From IMG/VR virus record IMGVR_UViG_3300031466_000001, positions 64,001-128,000 of that record: a stretch of DNA of 64,000 nucleotides; one strand, 5' to 3'. This DNA is from a virus (lineage: Duplodnaviria; Caudoviricetes). Positions 38,926 through 49,386 of the stretch are shown here, in pieces. Position 1 is the first letter of the stretch; the number at the start of each line of letters is the position of its first letter. The notes beneath the pieces are model-generated. The model was not told the DNA's origin. It did not search any database and was given only the letters and a program-made list of their open reading frames with translations. A program made the position numbers and the translations under genes.

Positions 38926-39600
38926 CTAATCAGTGGGCATCTTTATACAGCTATAAAGATGAAAAGAGGATATTGAATTATTCTCATCCATCAATACAGC
39001 CTCGAAAATTTCTTCGTTTATTTCCGAAAACAAGAACCATATATCTGAACTATTTTTCAATGTGGGTAATAATTCTTTTGACATTTTAATCCGAAAATCT
39101 TCATACTGATGAATCAGTATCTCACCGTCAAGCAATGTCTGAGTGGCTTCATCGCTCATTTTAATAGACTTTTGCTTGAATTGTTTAATTTTCTCTTTCA
39201 CTTTGAAATAGATATTGGGAATAATCGAATCGCTTATTTCGCCAATAACAAAGTTCAATTCTTTCTTATCCGTAGAGACTTTTATTTTAATCAGATTATT
39301 ATCTACTACAATTTCTTCAATTTCGGATTTCTTATAATCCTTAAAAACTTCGGAAATTTTTACACCATTGAGTATAAGAAATCCGGAATTTGTCATCGCA
39401 CTAACAATTTCCTGTATTGTCTCTGATTGAGCAAAATGGTATCCTATATCAATAACTTTGCTATTTTGATAAGGTAATGCAATTCCGTCTCCAAAAAGGC
39501 AATAGACCTTACACATACGTCTCATTACCTTATTCAATTCTTCTACTTTCTTAATGATTTTTTTATCTACTTTAAGGTTGTCCATTACCATCATCCCCAA
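38926..39600 (-). CDS. hypothetical protein translationally coupled to the DNA polymerase subunit
   Basis: 224-aa ORF overlapping the end of the upstream gene. Confidence 0.75.
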   Translation of the reverse strand: MGMMVMDNLKVDKKIIKKVEELNKVMRRMCKVYCLFGDGIALPYQNSKVIDIGYHFAQSETIQEIVSAMTNSGFLILNGVKISEVFKDYKKSEIEEIVVDNNLIKIKVSTDKKELNFVIGEISDSIIPNIYFKVKEKIKQFKQKSIKMSDEATQTLLDGEILIHQYEDFRIKMSKELLPTLKNSSDIWFLFSEINEEIFEAVLMDENNSISSFHLYSCIKMPTD

Positions 39601-41428
39601 TTTCGATAACTAATTTGTCGATAAAATGTGTATTTCCATACAACTCAGGAACTTTATATTTCTTTCTATTCTTGATTCCAAACTGTTCACGAACTTTCTT
39701 ATCCAATTCAAGAATACCAGGGAGACCAAACCATTTGGTTCCCATGAGCCCATAGTTTCCAATAAGATAATTGTCTACAAACTCTTTACCTTTGTCATCA
39801 ATGTCACTGTTATCCGAATTTTGAATCTTACGACTAACTTCCCCAATTGAACTATCAATGATCAATTTTCCAATCATAGTATTAGGTGCAACGTTGAATG
39901 TTATAATTATATTTGGATACATGGACGAGAAGTCCATATCTACAGCATTATCGTAAATAAACATGCTTCTTTTTCCAAAAATCTTAACCCCAGTATGTGA
40001 ATTAAGCATGGGGTCTGCAACTAATGCACCATCGAATTTTTCATCGTCATCGCCTTCATCCGATTCTTGTGCTTTTTTGTTCTTAGTACTCTCACCGTAA
40101 TCAACGTTGATGTTATTCCCAATAATCAGACCCTGTTTATAAAACTCAACATAGGCCCGATTCTTAAGGAACACCGTCTGTTTGAATACTTTGTGATATA
40201 CAGTAGCATTTGCATATGCTCGTTGATAAATATTATCAGTATCTCCGGTTTTATCCTCAATTCCCATTTGAAGAAGAACGTCTTTTATATTATATTTAAC
40301 GAAAAGCCAATAATCAACCCATGCTAATGTTTTGATATTGGCAGCTTCGCTGTAATCAAGCTTAGAATCACCAATCTCTTTCTCTGCAACTGCATTAAGA
40401 GAAAAGGATCTGATCTCTCCTTGACCTTTTCTAAGTCCGCCATAATTGATCATTTGGTCGAGATACGTTGTATATGAAGAAATTCTAAAATAGTCTCCCT
40501 TATTGGGAATGGAGAAAGTTTTATAATCTTTCTTATAGAAAAGATATTTGACTTTGAAATCTTTATGACACATAACTCTTATGGGATCTAATCCGAGTTT
40601 CTTCAGGCGTTCGATAATGTACGGAATATCGAAGCCCATGTTCCAAATCAACATAAAATCCCGTTTAAGAGTGTTAATCAATTTAAACATATCAACTATG
40701 AGATCACATTCATCATCATACATGTAAATATTGTAATCCAGCACTCCATAAACATCATCAAAGTCATCATGGAGTTCTTTAATAAACTCATCCACTCTTG
40801 CTTCAAAATCTGCAATTAATGGGTTTTCAGGATTTCTTAAAAGAAAAGTGAATACTGATTTACTCTCTTTATCTACAATGGTTGCTGCATTAATGGGACA
40901 TTCTCCCTCTTTCGGAAACCCATCAAACTTATAGCTGTCAACCTCAATATCGAGAAACTGCTTTGTAATATATTTGGGTCGATCATTGTCGTTGTGTAAA
41001 ACCCATTGAATTCTCACCCAGTTTTCGATATCATAATCTGAACCAAATACATATGGGTATTTATGAATTTCATGAATTTTACCCCAATTACCTGTAGCTT
41101 TACAATCTTCAATAAATTTTTTAAACATGTCACCCGCTTGCTGGGCGATATAGAAGGGAAGATTGTTAAATTTACATCTATGCATCTCTGTCTGATCGAG
41201 TTCAATAAATAATTTATTATAATCGTAGTTACGATATTTTTCTTTTGTAAAATAAATCTCAATTTCAGGCTCTCTAATTGTTTCAACAAATTTTTCTCCC
41301 GTATCAAGATCTTTATAGATAATATCAAGATAGTCTGCATCCCCACCAACTTTTTTATTATGATACATAACATTTAACAACATCGTATTTTCTTTATTTC
41401 TATGAGGTATAAATTTCAAGTTTATCAC
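39572..41428 (-). CDS. split family-B DNA polymerase, N-terminal subunit (3'-5' exonuclease plus motif A)
   Basis: ExoI LDIEVD, ExoII WNMGFDIPY, ExoIII YNIKD, polymerase motif A DMDFSSMYPNII. Confidence 0.9.
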   Translation of the reverse strand: MINLKFIPHRNKENTMLLNVMYHNKKVGGDADYLDIIYKDLDTGEKFVETIREPEIEIYFTKEKYRNYDYNKLFIELDQTEMHRCKFNNLPFYIAQQAGDMFKKFIEDCKATGNWGKIHEIHKYPYVFGSDYDIENWVRIQWVLHNDNDRPKYITKQFLDIEVDSYKFDGFPKEGECPINAATIVDKESKSVFTFLLRNPENPLIADFEARVDEFIKELHDDFDDVYGVLDYNIYMYDDECDLIVDMFKLINTLKRDFMLIWNMGFDIPYIIERLKKLGLDPIRVMCHKDFKVKYLFYKKDYKTFSIPNKGDYFRISSYTTYLDQMINYGGLRKGQGEIRSFSLNAVAEKEIGDSKLDYSEAANIKTLAWVDYWLFVKYNIKDVLLQMGIEDKTGDTDNIYQRAYANATVYHKVFKQTVFLKNRAYVEFYKQGLIIGNNINVDYGESTKNKKAQESDEGDDDEKFDGALVADPMLNSHTGVKIFGKRSMFIYDNAVDMDFSSMYPNIIITFNVAPNTMIGKLIIDSSIGEVSRKIQNSDNSDIDDKGKEFVDNYLIGNYGLMGTKWFGLPGILELDKKVREQFGIKNRKKYKVPELYGNTHFIDKLVIEIGDDGNGQP

Positions 41429-41579
41429 ACCCCGTAAATTACTAGTTACATTGATGTTAACCCGTCTTTATAAAAGAATCTCACTTTATTTCTGAGAAAA
41501 TAATATATAAACTACAGATTAATTAATTTAGCATCTTGAAAACACTTTAATAAAGAGATAAACTGGAGGTGCAACCAAG

Positions 41580-42734
41580 ATGGAGAAGAACGGTTTGCTT
41601 GTAATTAATATTGATATTGATGAGAAAGTCAATATTATTGAGGGTCTCAAGTCTCTTAAACCGCTTCCCGGTACTAATTCAAAGGCTAGCTTAGATGAAG
41701 AGAGAAACGAGCCCCTATTGTTGACGAAATTAGGTAAGAAGGATAAAAAGAAAAAGAAGAAAAAGAAAGGAAAAGAAGGTTTATTTGATGGAGTTGATTT
41801 CTCACTAAGTAAAAATTTCGACGACGATGATGAAGGAGAAGAGCAAAAAGAAGAACGAAAATTCACATTCCTCGAAGCGGATGACATGTTCAGAGATGAT
41901 GAAGAAACCGATCTTACTGAGGAAATTAGTAAAGACCAGAAAAAAAATTATAAGAAACGGGAAAGTGACTTCGAGAAAAAATTCGATGAAGAGTTAACTA
42001 TTCTTTATGATCTCTTGGAAGAAGTGAATAAATTCGGTAAATCTCTGGAGAAAAAATATCATGCTTTGGAAGCTAGTAAGGTTAGGGGTATTAGCAAATA
42101 TACCAATGACCTCATAGTCTCAATCCTGTCCAGTAAAGCAAGTAAACTTCAAATTGTTAAAGAAATTGCAGCCATTAAGAAAACAATTCAAGATCTTAAA
42201 TTTAAAGCAGAGAAAGAAGCTCGGGATAAAGAAGGCGATATCTCTAGAGACCAAATTGCCGCAGCATATCTTTCTCGGGTATTTAATAACGTTGGTAGAA
42301 ATAACTTTATTCAAGGTGCTGGTGGAATGGGATTTGCTCCTCGTAGCCAAGATGATGACGATGATGAAGTTCTTGAAGAAATTGAATCCCGTCGTGGAAA
42401 TAGTGACTACCAGCGCGAAAGAATCTATGATATGATCTTGAATCGACTGGAAAATGAAAGAGATGATGGTGTTCGATCTTTCTATAGGGCACCTGAAGCA
42501 GATATTTATCTCAAATATGAGAATGAGGGAATAAATATTTGTGTTAAAAGATGTATTGACGACGGTTCGTGGCAATTTATTGCTGTAAACCGTGACGGTC
42601 AAGAAGTTCCCGACTATCCTCTCCCTAAAAAGAAAGACGTCGGTTCTGTTAAATTTAGTGCAGACGGTCGTCGTATGACTGATGGTAGGGGAGTTACCTA
42701 TAAAGTAATTGAATACTCTGCTCCAATCGAATAA
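41580..42734 (+). CDS. conserved late protein (K-rich/acidic, coiled coil)
   Basis: GGAGG RBS; late promoter AACA-CTTTAA-TA 41541-41552. Confidence 0.75.
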   Translation: MEKNGLLVINIDIDEKVNIIEGLKSLKPLPGTNSKASLDEERNEPLLLTKLGKKDKKKKKKKKGKEGLFDGVDFSLSKNFDDDDEGEEQKEERKFTFLEADDMFRDDEETDLTEEISKDQKKNYKKRESDFEKKFDEELTILYDLLEEVNKFGKSLEKKYHALEASKVRGISKYTNDLIVSILSSKASKLQIVKEIAAIKKTIQDLKFKAEKEARDKEGDISRDQIAAAYLSRVFNNVGRNNFIQGAGGMGFAPRSQDDDDDEVLEEIESRRGNSDYQRERIYDMILNRLENERDDGVRSFYRAPEADIYLKYENEGINICVKRCIDDGSWQFIAVNRDGQEVPDYPLPKKKDVGSVKFSADGRRMTDGRGVTYKVIEYSAPIE

Positions 42735-42737
42735 AAA

Positions 42738-42779
42738 AATAAAAGAGGATGATGGATTTTACCATCATCCTCTTTTATT
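42738..42779. terminator. bidirectional intrinsic terminator
   Basis: 18-bp stem AATAAAAGAGGATGATGG/CCATCATCCTCTTTTATT. Confidence 0.85.
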
Positions 42780-42786
42780 GTTGTTC

Positions 42787-43452
42787 TTATGCACGAATAA
42801 GATTTCCGTTTCTTTCCATTTTGAATCTTTGAGCCCGATTCTCTCCGAGCTCTTTATCAACCATGCTACGAAGCTGCCGGAATGTACTTACGATAGCTTC
42901 GTATTCTGCTCGTTTTTCGTGTAAATCGAGGAGCTCATTTTTCAATGACCTGACCTCTGCAGCGTAATGGCGTATCCTCTCTTCCATTTGCAAGAGCATC
43001 ATTTCGGCAGCCTGTCTACGCTGCTGTTCTTCTCTGATAGTATTACGTAAGATTTTTTCATTCTTTGCGTATTCCTGATTTTGTCCTGTGATAACCTTGA
43101 TAAACAAATTGAGAGAATCTATCTCTTCTCTCAAACGTTCAATCACTCGATCCCGTTCTTCGATCTCTTGTGTGGAAAGAGCATCCGCCTTTTGAGCGAT
43201 TGCTATAGCTTCCATAAGATCTGTTTCGGCAGTTGAAGTATCGGCTTCGAGAATAAGACGATACCGTTCAACTTTACGGAAGCGAGTATAAGCACCAAGA
43301 AGTGCAGACGGAGAAACTCGGATATAGTTCTCCGAAATGATTTTGAACGAAGACGAATTGGAATGTCCTTGTTCCCTGAGCGCTTTCATCAGAGTAAACA
43401 AGTACACGATATCTTCATCATTCCAGCGTTTATTGGTTCGATGATTTTTCAT
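42787..43452 (-). CDS. RsfA-like (prespore) transcriptional regulator
   Basis: Myb-like N-terminus W..ED...L......REQG.....F, coiled coil, C-terminal FKMERNGNL resembling RsfA FKMDxNGNL; early motif 43500-43509. Confidence 0.6.
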   Translation of the reverse strand: MKNHRTNKRWNDEDIVYLFTLMKALREQGHSNSSSFKIISENYIRVSPSALLGAYTRFRKVERYRLILEADTSTAETDLMEAIAIAQKADALSTQEIEERDRVIERLREEIDSLNLFIKVITGQNQEYAKNEKILRNTIREEQQRRQAAEMMLLQMEERIRHYAAEVRSLKNELLDLHEKRAEYEAIVSTFRQLRSMVDKELGENRAQRFKMERNGNLIRA

Positions 43453-43537
43453 AAATGTAAGTCCTCCTATTTTATTAATTATATTGACGATTCATATCTA
43501 TAATATATAATCATCAATTTTGAAAATCCGAAAGGTA

Positions 43538-46204
43538 TTATGAAGCCTTAAAAAGAATATTGACATTCCGATAGTTGTCAATAGAGACATCCGACGTCAT
43601 AATAATATCGACAGGATAATTGTCAAACATGTTGTTATGAGTAATAAGGAAAGTTTGTTCGCAATTAATGACATCAAGAAGAGTCTCAAGTATCCCTATA
43701 AAAGTAGTACGATAACTAGTATCAAGTGTAGAATCAATTTCATCCAAAAGCATAATGTTATAATCTCGAAGGGATTGTACGATCAAAGCAAATGAAATTG
43801 CCAATGAAATAAAAGTCCTTTCACCCTGAGAACATCTTATTGCATCATGTACACGAACTCCTTTCTTAATGTATGGAATACGGAATTCATCTTCGTTGAT
43901 AACAAAATCATCGATCTCCAATGTATCTTGGTAAACCGACTCTAGAAGTTGGTTTACAAACGTTTTAGTACTTTTCAAATATAGCTGAATATACAAAAGA
44001 GGTACACCTTTAGTTGAAGAAAGAGACTCTCTAATAATTTCAACTTCTTCGTATTTTTCTTCGAGAGTTTTTCTCTCCTCATTAAGTGCATTGAACTCTC
44101 TCAGCCTATAATCTATGTCTGCAACCTCTGCTTCAAGTTCAGAGATTTCTCTATCTAAGTCTCGTATAGATACCCTATTTCTTTCAATCAACGATAGATA
44201 ATATTGAATTTTACCATGTGTTTCTTTCTTTTCCTCAATAAGCTTAATCGTTTCCTTAAGTTTTTCCTCTGTTTCAGAAATAAGTTCTTTAATTTTCTTA
44301 AATTGATTGAGATCGGCTAATGAGGATTCCAATAAAGTTATTTTTTTATTCAAATCGTTGCTTTCTTCTTTCAATTTTTCAATGTCCTTTTCTACAGAAG
44401 ATATTTGTTCGTCTAATACAAAAATTTCATTTTGAAGAGATGTCAGTGAAGAACTATTTTTTTCGATGAATTGAAGTTCTTTTTTAGTTTCTTTGATTTT
44501 ATTGTCCAATTCTTTAAATTCTTCATATTCCTCCAAAGCAGATATATAATTAGTGATATAATCCTCATCGTATACAATCGTTCTATTTTTTATAGAATTG
44601 AGAATATTTTTAATATTAAAGAAATCCTCAGGCATTCTTTCGATAAGATTTTTGTTAGATTTAATAACCATAAAAATATACTCGATTTTCTTCATAATGT
44701 CGATATATGAAAGAAGTCGTTCTCTCTCAACCTCTAAAGATTCCAATTCTGCTCGAAGTTTCTTTGAGTGAGATTCTTTGTCTGGAATCTGCTTGTGATC
44801 CTCGTAGAATTTTCGATACGGACATTCACAATTCGTATCATGAGGAACATACAAAACATATACCTTATCCTCATTATTCAAATTGATTTTGAGTCTTTCC
44901 AACTCAGAATGAATACTATTTATACGCCTATCGATTTTATTAACTTCTCTGCGTACAAAAGAATCGACATCCTGGCCTTTATTAAACATATCTACTACAT
45001 CATTAATTGAACTGGAGCTAAACTCATAGACATTTGTTGCAACTTCATTTATTTCCTGAAGTAGAGAAAGAGCCTTCAGCATATCATCTTTTGTACATTT
45101 GGGATTGAAATTTTTAAATTTTTCACCAAGCTTATCCTTTTTCTTATTGAGTTCAAGATAGTAATCACTAAGTCGGTCATATTGCAATTCGGAAGACACA
45201 TATTTTAAATTTTCTTCTTTTTCTTGTTTCTGAGTAATAAGTGAATTTAACTGGGTGAAGAAGAAATCAATTTTACTCTTATTGAGAGAGATACTATTCG
45301 TGTGATTATCTATCAACATAGTTATTTCTTTAATTTTAGAATCGACGTCTCCCTCAATAACTAATACATTACTAGAAATCTTCCCGCCAAGGTCATTAAG
45401 ATGAGTTTTGAGACTGGAATACTCTCTTTCCAGAGATTTTGTCTCTAAAATAAATGAATCCAATCCTTGGGGAATTAAAGATTCAATAAACCCTTGGAGC
45501 TTACCATTTTCACTACCAATTTCGTCACGATGTAAACGAAGTTTAGAGATTTTATCATTCAATTTACTCATTTTTTCACGTTCATCATTTTCATTAAAAA
45601 CCTTAAGTTTTGCAATCTTAAAAGTTACAGTTTTTATCAATGATTTAAGAACACGAGCGTCTTCTCCAACTTTTTTATGTAGCTTAAGATAAAGATTGAT
45701 ATCTTTAAGCAAATCTGACATGAAGTTCTTACGATCACTTGCTTTCATATCTATAAACCCTGATACATTAGATCCAAGACGAAGGAGCCTAAAAAGATCG
45801 GACTCGATTGACAATTCGAGTTCGACAATTTCATTAAACGATTTTACATTTCCATTAGGATTAAGCTCCTTACCATTCTTACTAATGAAACTTTTAATAC
45901 CCTTATCGTTTTTAAACTGATAAAAATGTTTAATAATGTATTCGTTACCATTATGGAGATAATGAATCTCCTTATATCCGTTTTCGCCCTCAAGAATAAA
46001 ATCCTTCCCACTCCTAATATCCATAGAACCTGGATATGCATAAGGATTCAAGAGACTGAGAATACTAGTTTTACCTGAACCGTTTGGTCCAACCAGCAAT
46101 ATAATGCGATTTTTTTGATTAGACAAATCTATCTCAATGTGCTTTTTTCCCATTGCTGTAAAAATCGGTGCTATGTTGGTAGCAATAAGCTTTGTAATTT
46201 TCAT
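43538..46204 (-). CDS. sbcC: SbcC/Rad50-like SMC-family ATPase
   Basis: Walker A GPNGSGKT, long coiled coils with central CECP hook, signature CSQGE, Walker B LLDEID, H-loop ITH; ORF to 46222, likely start MKITK 46204. Confidence 0.88.
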   Translation of the reverse strand: MKITKLIATNIAPIFTAMGKKHIEIDLSNQKNRIILLVGPNGSGKTSILSLLNPYAYPGSMDIRSGKDFILEGENGYKEIHYLHNGNEYIIKHFYQFKNDKGIKSFISKNGKELNPNGNVKSFNEIVELELSIESDLFRLLRLGSNVSGFIDMKASDRKNFMSDLLKDINLYLKLHKKVGEDARVLKSLIKTVTFKIAKLKVFNENDEREKMSKLNDKISKLRLHRDEIGSENGKLQGFIESLIPQGLDSFILETKSLEREYSSLKTHLNDLGGKISSNVLVIEGDVDSKIKEITMLIDNHTNSISLNKSKIDFFFTQLNSLITQKQEKEENLKYVSSELQYDRLSDYYLELNKKKDKLGEKFKNFNPKCTKDDMLKALSLLQEINEVATNVYEFSSSSINDVVDMFNKGQDVDSFVRREVNKIDRRINSIHSELERLKINLNNEDKVYVLYVPHDTNCECPYRKFYEDHKQIPDKESHSKKLRAELESLEVERERLLSYIDIMKKIEYIFMVIKSNKNLIERMPEDFFNIKNILNSIKNRTIVYDEDYITNYISALEEYEEFKELDNKIKETKKELQFIEKNSSSLTSLQNEIFVLDEQISSVEKDIEKLKEESNDLNKKITLLESSLADLNQFKKIKELISETEEKLKETIKLIEEKKETHGKIQYYLSLIERNRVSIRDLDREISELEAEVADIDYRLREFNALNEERKTLEEKYEEVEIIRESLSSTKGVPLLYIQLYLKSTKTFVNQLLESVYQDTLEIDDFVINEDEFRIPYIKKGVRVHDAIRCSQGERTFISLAISFALIVQSLRDYNIMLLDEIDSTLDTSYRTTFIGILETLLDVINCEQTFLITHNNMFDNYPVDIIMTSDVSIDNYRNVNILFKAS

Positions 46205-46271
46205 AGTTTCATCCTCTCCCAAAAAAATAAAATTCCCTCTGTAGATCTGTTACAGAGGGAATTTTATTTGA

Positions 46272-46505
46272 TTATTCGTCTTTCTCGTTAATTTCTTTTA
46301 CGGCATATTTAACTATTCTGAATGACTCATCGACATATGTGGCACCTTCGATCGGAAGGTGGTCCATTTTTTCAACTTCTTCAATGGCTTCTTCCAGAGA
46401 AGAAGCTTCAATTTCAACAGTATTTTCAACTTCCCAAGTAACTAGGATTTTATATTTTCTTTTGTTTGCATTAATTTCTCCATTAGCGGCGAGTTCTACT
46501 TTCAT
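46272..46505 (-). CDS. small hypothetical protein
   Basis: start MKVELAA at 46505 after AGGAGG; the longer ORF call overlaps tRNA-Leu. Confidence 0.7.
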   Translation of the reverse strand: MKVELAANGEINANKRKYKILVTWEVENTVEIEASSLEEAIEEVEKMDHLPIEGATYVDESFRIVKYAVKEINEKDE

Positions 46506-46557
46506 TTTTTTCCTCCTTTTTTCCATAATGATTGATAAATATTTTTTCATAATGGTT

Positions 46558-46643
46558 TGGTGCCGAGGAGGGGACTCGAACCCCCATGACCCGAAGTCGC
46601 GGGATTTTAAGTCCCGTGCGTCTGCCAATTCCGCCACCCCGGC
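46558..46643 (-). tRNA. tRNA-Leu (TAA)
   Basis: cloverleaf with long variable arm, anticodon loop CT-TAA-AA, encoded CCA. Confidence 0.95.
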
Positions 46644-46660
46644 GCGATTAAAATTTAAGT

Positions 46661-46737
46661 TGGTGGGCCCTGCAGGACTCGAACCTGCGACCGATCGGTT
46701 ATGAGCCGACTGCTCTCACCAACTGAGCTAAGGGCCC
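46661..46737 (-). tRNA. tRNA-Ile2 (CAT anticodon, lysidine type; may be auto-called Met)
   Basis: GGGCCCTTAGCTCAG...GTCGG-CT-CAT-AA-CCGAT...CCA; body resembles Bacillota tRNA-Ile(CAU) rather than initiator or elongator Met. Confidence 0.85.
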
Positions 46738-46748
46738 AGATAGGTATA

Positions 46749-46824
46749 TGGTGCCGCCTGAGGGACTTGAACCCCCAACCATCTGATTACAAGTCAGACG
46801 CTCTACCAATTGAGCTAAGACGGC
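46749..46824 (-). tRNA. tRNA-Thr (TGT)
   Basis: cloverleaf, anticodon stem TCTGA/TCAGA, loop CT-TGT-AA, encoded CCA. Confidence 0.95.
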
Positions 46825-46829
46825 ATATA

Positions 46830-47036
46830 TTACATTATGTGATCTTTTATTGAATAAAAAGATCCATGTTTTATCAACAAGCCATTTTCACACAAACGAT
46901 CCAAATATCTCTTAAGTTTAATTTTGTCTATAGTATCGCTGACCTTATTGTATAATTCTTCAAAAATGAACGGTCTTTTAAATTTAGATATTTCACCGAT
47001 AATCTTTTTTGCTGTATCCAATTTCAACCACCCCAA
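46830..47036 (-). CDS. small winged-helix-like protein
   Basis: F.FEELY...LKRYLDRLCENGLL.K.G..Y pattern; start may be TTG 47021. Confidence 0.55.
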   Translation of the reverse strand: MGWLKLDTAKKIIGEISKFKRPFIFEELYNKVSDTIDKIKLKRYLDRLCENGLLIKHGSFYSIKDHIM

Positions 47037-47170
47037 AGATATATAACACTGGACCCGGAGGAATTTGAATTATCAAATTCCATCAACAGGCCCAGCGGAA
47101 GGTTGGTTTAACTTCTTCAAAGTTTTGTTTGTTTCATTTTTATTTAATATAGGATTAATATCCATTTATA

Positions 47171-47845
47171 TCACAAGAATTCTTCGCTTGAAAGATGAAT
47201 GGGATTTGGAAGAGGATTAATTTTATCAGTTCCATTATCCTCAATGATCATATCCCATCTAACACCAAGAATCTCACACCATATTTTAAAATTCTTTACT
47301 GTCATCTTGGTATTTTTGACGAGACCACTTTTCAGATTATTGAGTGCATGTTGGTTTGTAAATTTGGACTTATAATTTTTGAGATTGACCTTCTTATCGA
47401 TGATAATTCTTTTAACAAGATACTTCAAGAAATCATCATCTTCCTTAATCGTTGGCAACCAAAGCTCTGTATTATTATTAATAACCTCGATATCCTCAGC
47501 GTCGATGAAGCTATCTTTCGAAGTTTCCATCTCTTTGAAGATTTTATCGAGATTAAGTTCATTCACATTATCAATGTGATACTTCTTGGCAGTTTCTTTG
47601 TCATACTCGACAAAGATATAGTTACCCTCACGGTCTTTCCAAATTCCAGCTTCAAGCTTTTCTCCTTGCTTAAAGTCTTCAGGGACCTTTCCCTTATAGA
47701 CATAAACATGCTCACCCTTGATATAGCCGATTCCTTTCTTAAGTTTCATTCCTGGAATGTATATTGTTACTTCATGAAATTCATCATCGACAATTATGTT
47801 GGTTCTGCCTGTAAAAACTCTAACCGTCGTGATTTTTTCAGTCAT
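47171..47845 (-). CDS. hypothetical protein with possible C-terminal HTH
   Basis: GGAGG RBS; early motif 47865-47874; NNLKSGL...MT...F..WCEILG. Confidence 0.75.
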   Translation of the reverse strand: MTEKITTVRVFTGRTNIIVDDEFHEVTIYIPGMKLKKGIGYIKGEHVYVYKGKVPEDFKQGEKLEAGIWKDREGNYIFVEYDKETAKKYHIDNVNELNLDKIFKEMETSKDSFIDAEDIEVINNNTELWLPTIKEDDDFLKYLVKRIIIDKKVNLKNYKSKFTNQHALNNLKSGLVKNTKMTVKNFKIWCEILGVRWDMIIEDNGTDKINPLPNPIHLSSEEFL

Positions 47846-47903
47846 TCATAACACCTCCACAAAGATAATATATAAATATTTACTCAACTATATTATTCGA
47901 TGA

Positions 47904-48638
47904 TCATTCTTTTTTCTCTAGATCGGACATTATATCTGCTTCTTTTACTATTCCTCCAGTTGATTTGACAAATTCCTTCGATGCTTTTTCAAATACACTT
48001 TTCTTAGGTTTCGCTTTAATTAACGGCTTGGTATTTTCTAACTCCCCTGCTTTAATTGCAGAGATATAGTAGTTTATTAACGCTTGAGAATAGACAAAGA
48101 TATTTGTCTGTTTTAATGCATAAAGTAGACTTTCAAATGCATCAATAGGGAGTTCGACAAAATTGTTGTTATTATTTAGGTAAAGAATGACCCCTTCATA
48201 CGAGAGTTCATTTTCGTCATATATTTTAGCAGGCTTTAAAACCATCCTGTTACCATTGCCAAGATTGTAAATTCTTACCACAGCTTTTTCTGCCTCATCG
48301 GAATAAATAACGATTTCATTTTTGGAATTTACTGCAAAAATATTGCCGTTATATATCGAATCAAGCATTTTTTCAAAACCTTTAATAATCTGAATTATAT
48401 TTCTTTCGTTAATAATGATACTTTTATCTTTATCCCATTCGGTATTATCAATCAATTCAAGAGTCAAAAATGATTGGAAATCTAATTTCAAATACGTTTT
48501 TCCTTGAAACGTAAATTCATTGTGAAAATTTTCCACCCTGCCATCTTTTTCTTTTAATAATTTAACATGTATCCTCAATATGAGATTAGCCACAGGCTGA
48601 ATTATAATTCGAGATATTTTTTGCAGATTCTCTAGCAT
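47904..48638 (-). CDS. conserved hypothetical protein
   Basis: 244-aa ORF with AAGGAG RBS. Confidence 0.8.
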   Translation of the reverse strand: MLENLQKISRIIIQPVANLILRIHVKLLKEKDGRVENFHNEFTFQGKTYLKLDFQSFLTLELIDNTEWDKDKSIIINERNIIQIIKGFEKMLDSIYNGNIFAVNSKNEIVIYSDEAEKAVVRIYNLGNGNRMVLKPAKIYDENELSYEGVILYLNNNNNFVELPIDAFESLLYALKQTNIFVYSQALINYYISAIKAGELENTKPLIKAKPKKSVFEKASKEFVKSTGGIVKEADIMSDLEKKE

Positions 48639-48732
48639 AATTTATTCTCCTTTGAAAAAAATAAGGGGAATTCTACACCCCTTTATTTTTCTGTTTTCAG
48701 TTAAATGGAAAGTAGAATTCCGAGATTACCGA

Positions 48733-49311
48733 TTAGTGTACAACTCCTGCTGATTCAGGTTCTATAAATATATTGGCACCTTTACCAACCTCGAATTTAT
48801 TATCTTCAATTACTTCGTTAATCAATTTATTAAATTGATCGATGCCGAATATTATCGCAAATCTTATGTAATCTTTGTTTCTATCATTTTTAATGGAGTA
48901 GTAAAGCATTCTATTTATAAACCTAGCTCTTTGTAATGATCCATAAAAAATATCGGGGTTAAGGTGATAGTATCTAAGGTGATCTATTATCTTAGGAATA
49001 GCCGTTTCATTCAGCCAATTCAAAAAGGCAAGAGGTATGATTTTAATTGGTGTTAATTTATCCTTCGGAATATCGACTTTATTAACAACCCGTGTTAAAA
49101 GATCTTTGATATCTTTACATTCCCGCGATTTTACATCGAAATAATTGCCAATAAGAACGAAGGTGTAAGCTGCAAATATGTCCACTTCTTTATCAAATTT
49201 AGATAAAGACGGATATTTAATCCCGTATAATGCGCGGGAATCACCATTTTTAATTACATTCCTGATAAATTTTTCATCTTTACGTTTTTCAATAAAATTA
49301 AGAATAGACAT
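48733..49311 (-). CDS. hypothetical protein
   Basis: 192-aa ORF with AGGAGG RBS. Confidence 0.78.
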   Translation of the reverse strand: MSILNFIEKRKDEKFIRNVIKNGDSRALYGIKYPSLSKFDKEVDIFAAYTFVLIGNYFDVKSRECKDIKDLLTRVVNKVDIPKDKLTPIKIIPLAFLNWLNETAIPKIIDHLRYYHLNPDIFYGSLQRARFINRMLYYSIKNDRNKDYIRFAIIFGIDQFNKLINEVIEDNKFEVGKGANIFIEPESAGVVH

Positions 49312-49386
49312 ACATGGGCCTCCTAATTATTAATTGTATAAAAAATAATCAGGGAACCGCAAAGGTTCCCTGATTTAAATCTATTT

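Noticed and set aside
46506-46637. N-terminal extension of ORF 46272-46637
   Set aside because: It translates tRNA-Leu sequence; the real start is at 46505 with AGGAGG.
46661-46737. tRNA-Met call
   Set aside because: Paired G1-C72, no triple G-C anticodon stem and a body resembling Bacillota tRNA-Ile2.
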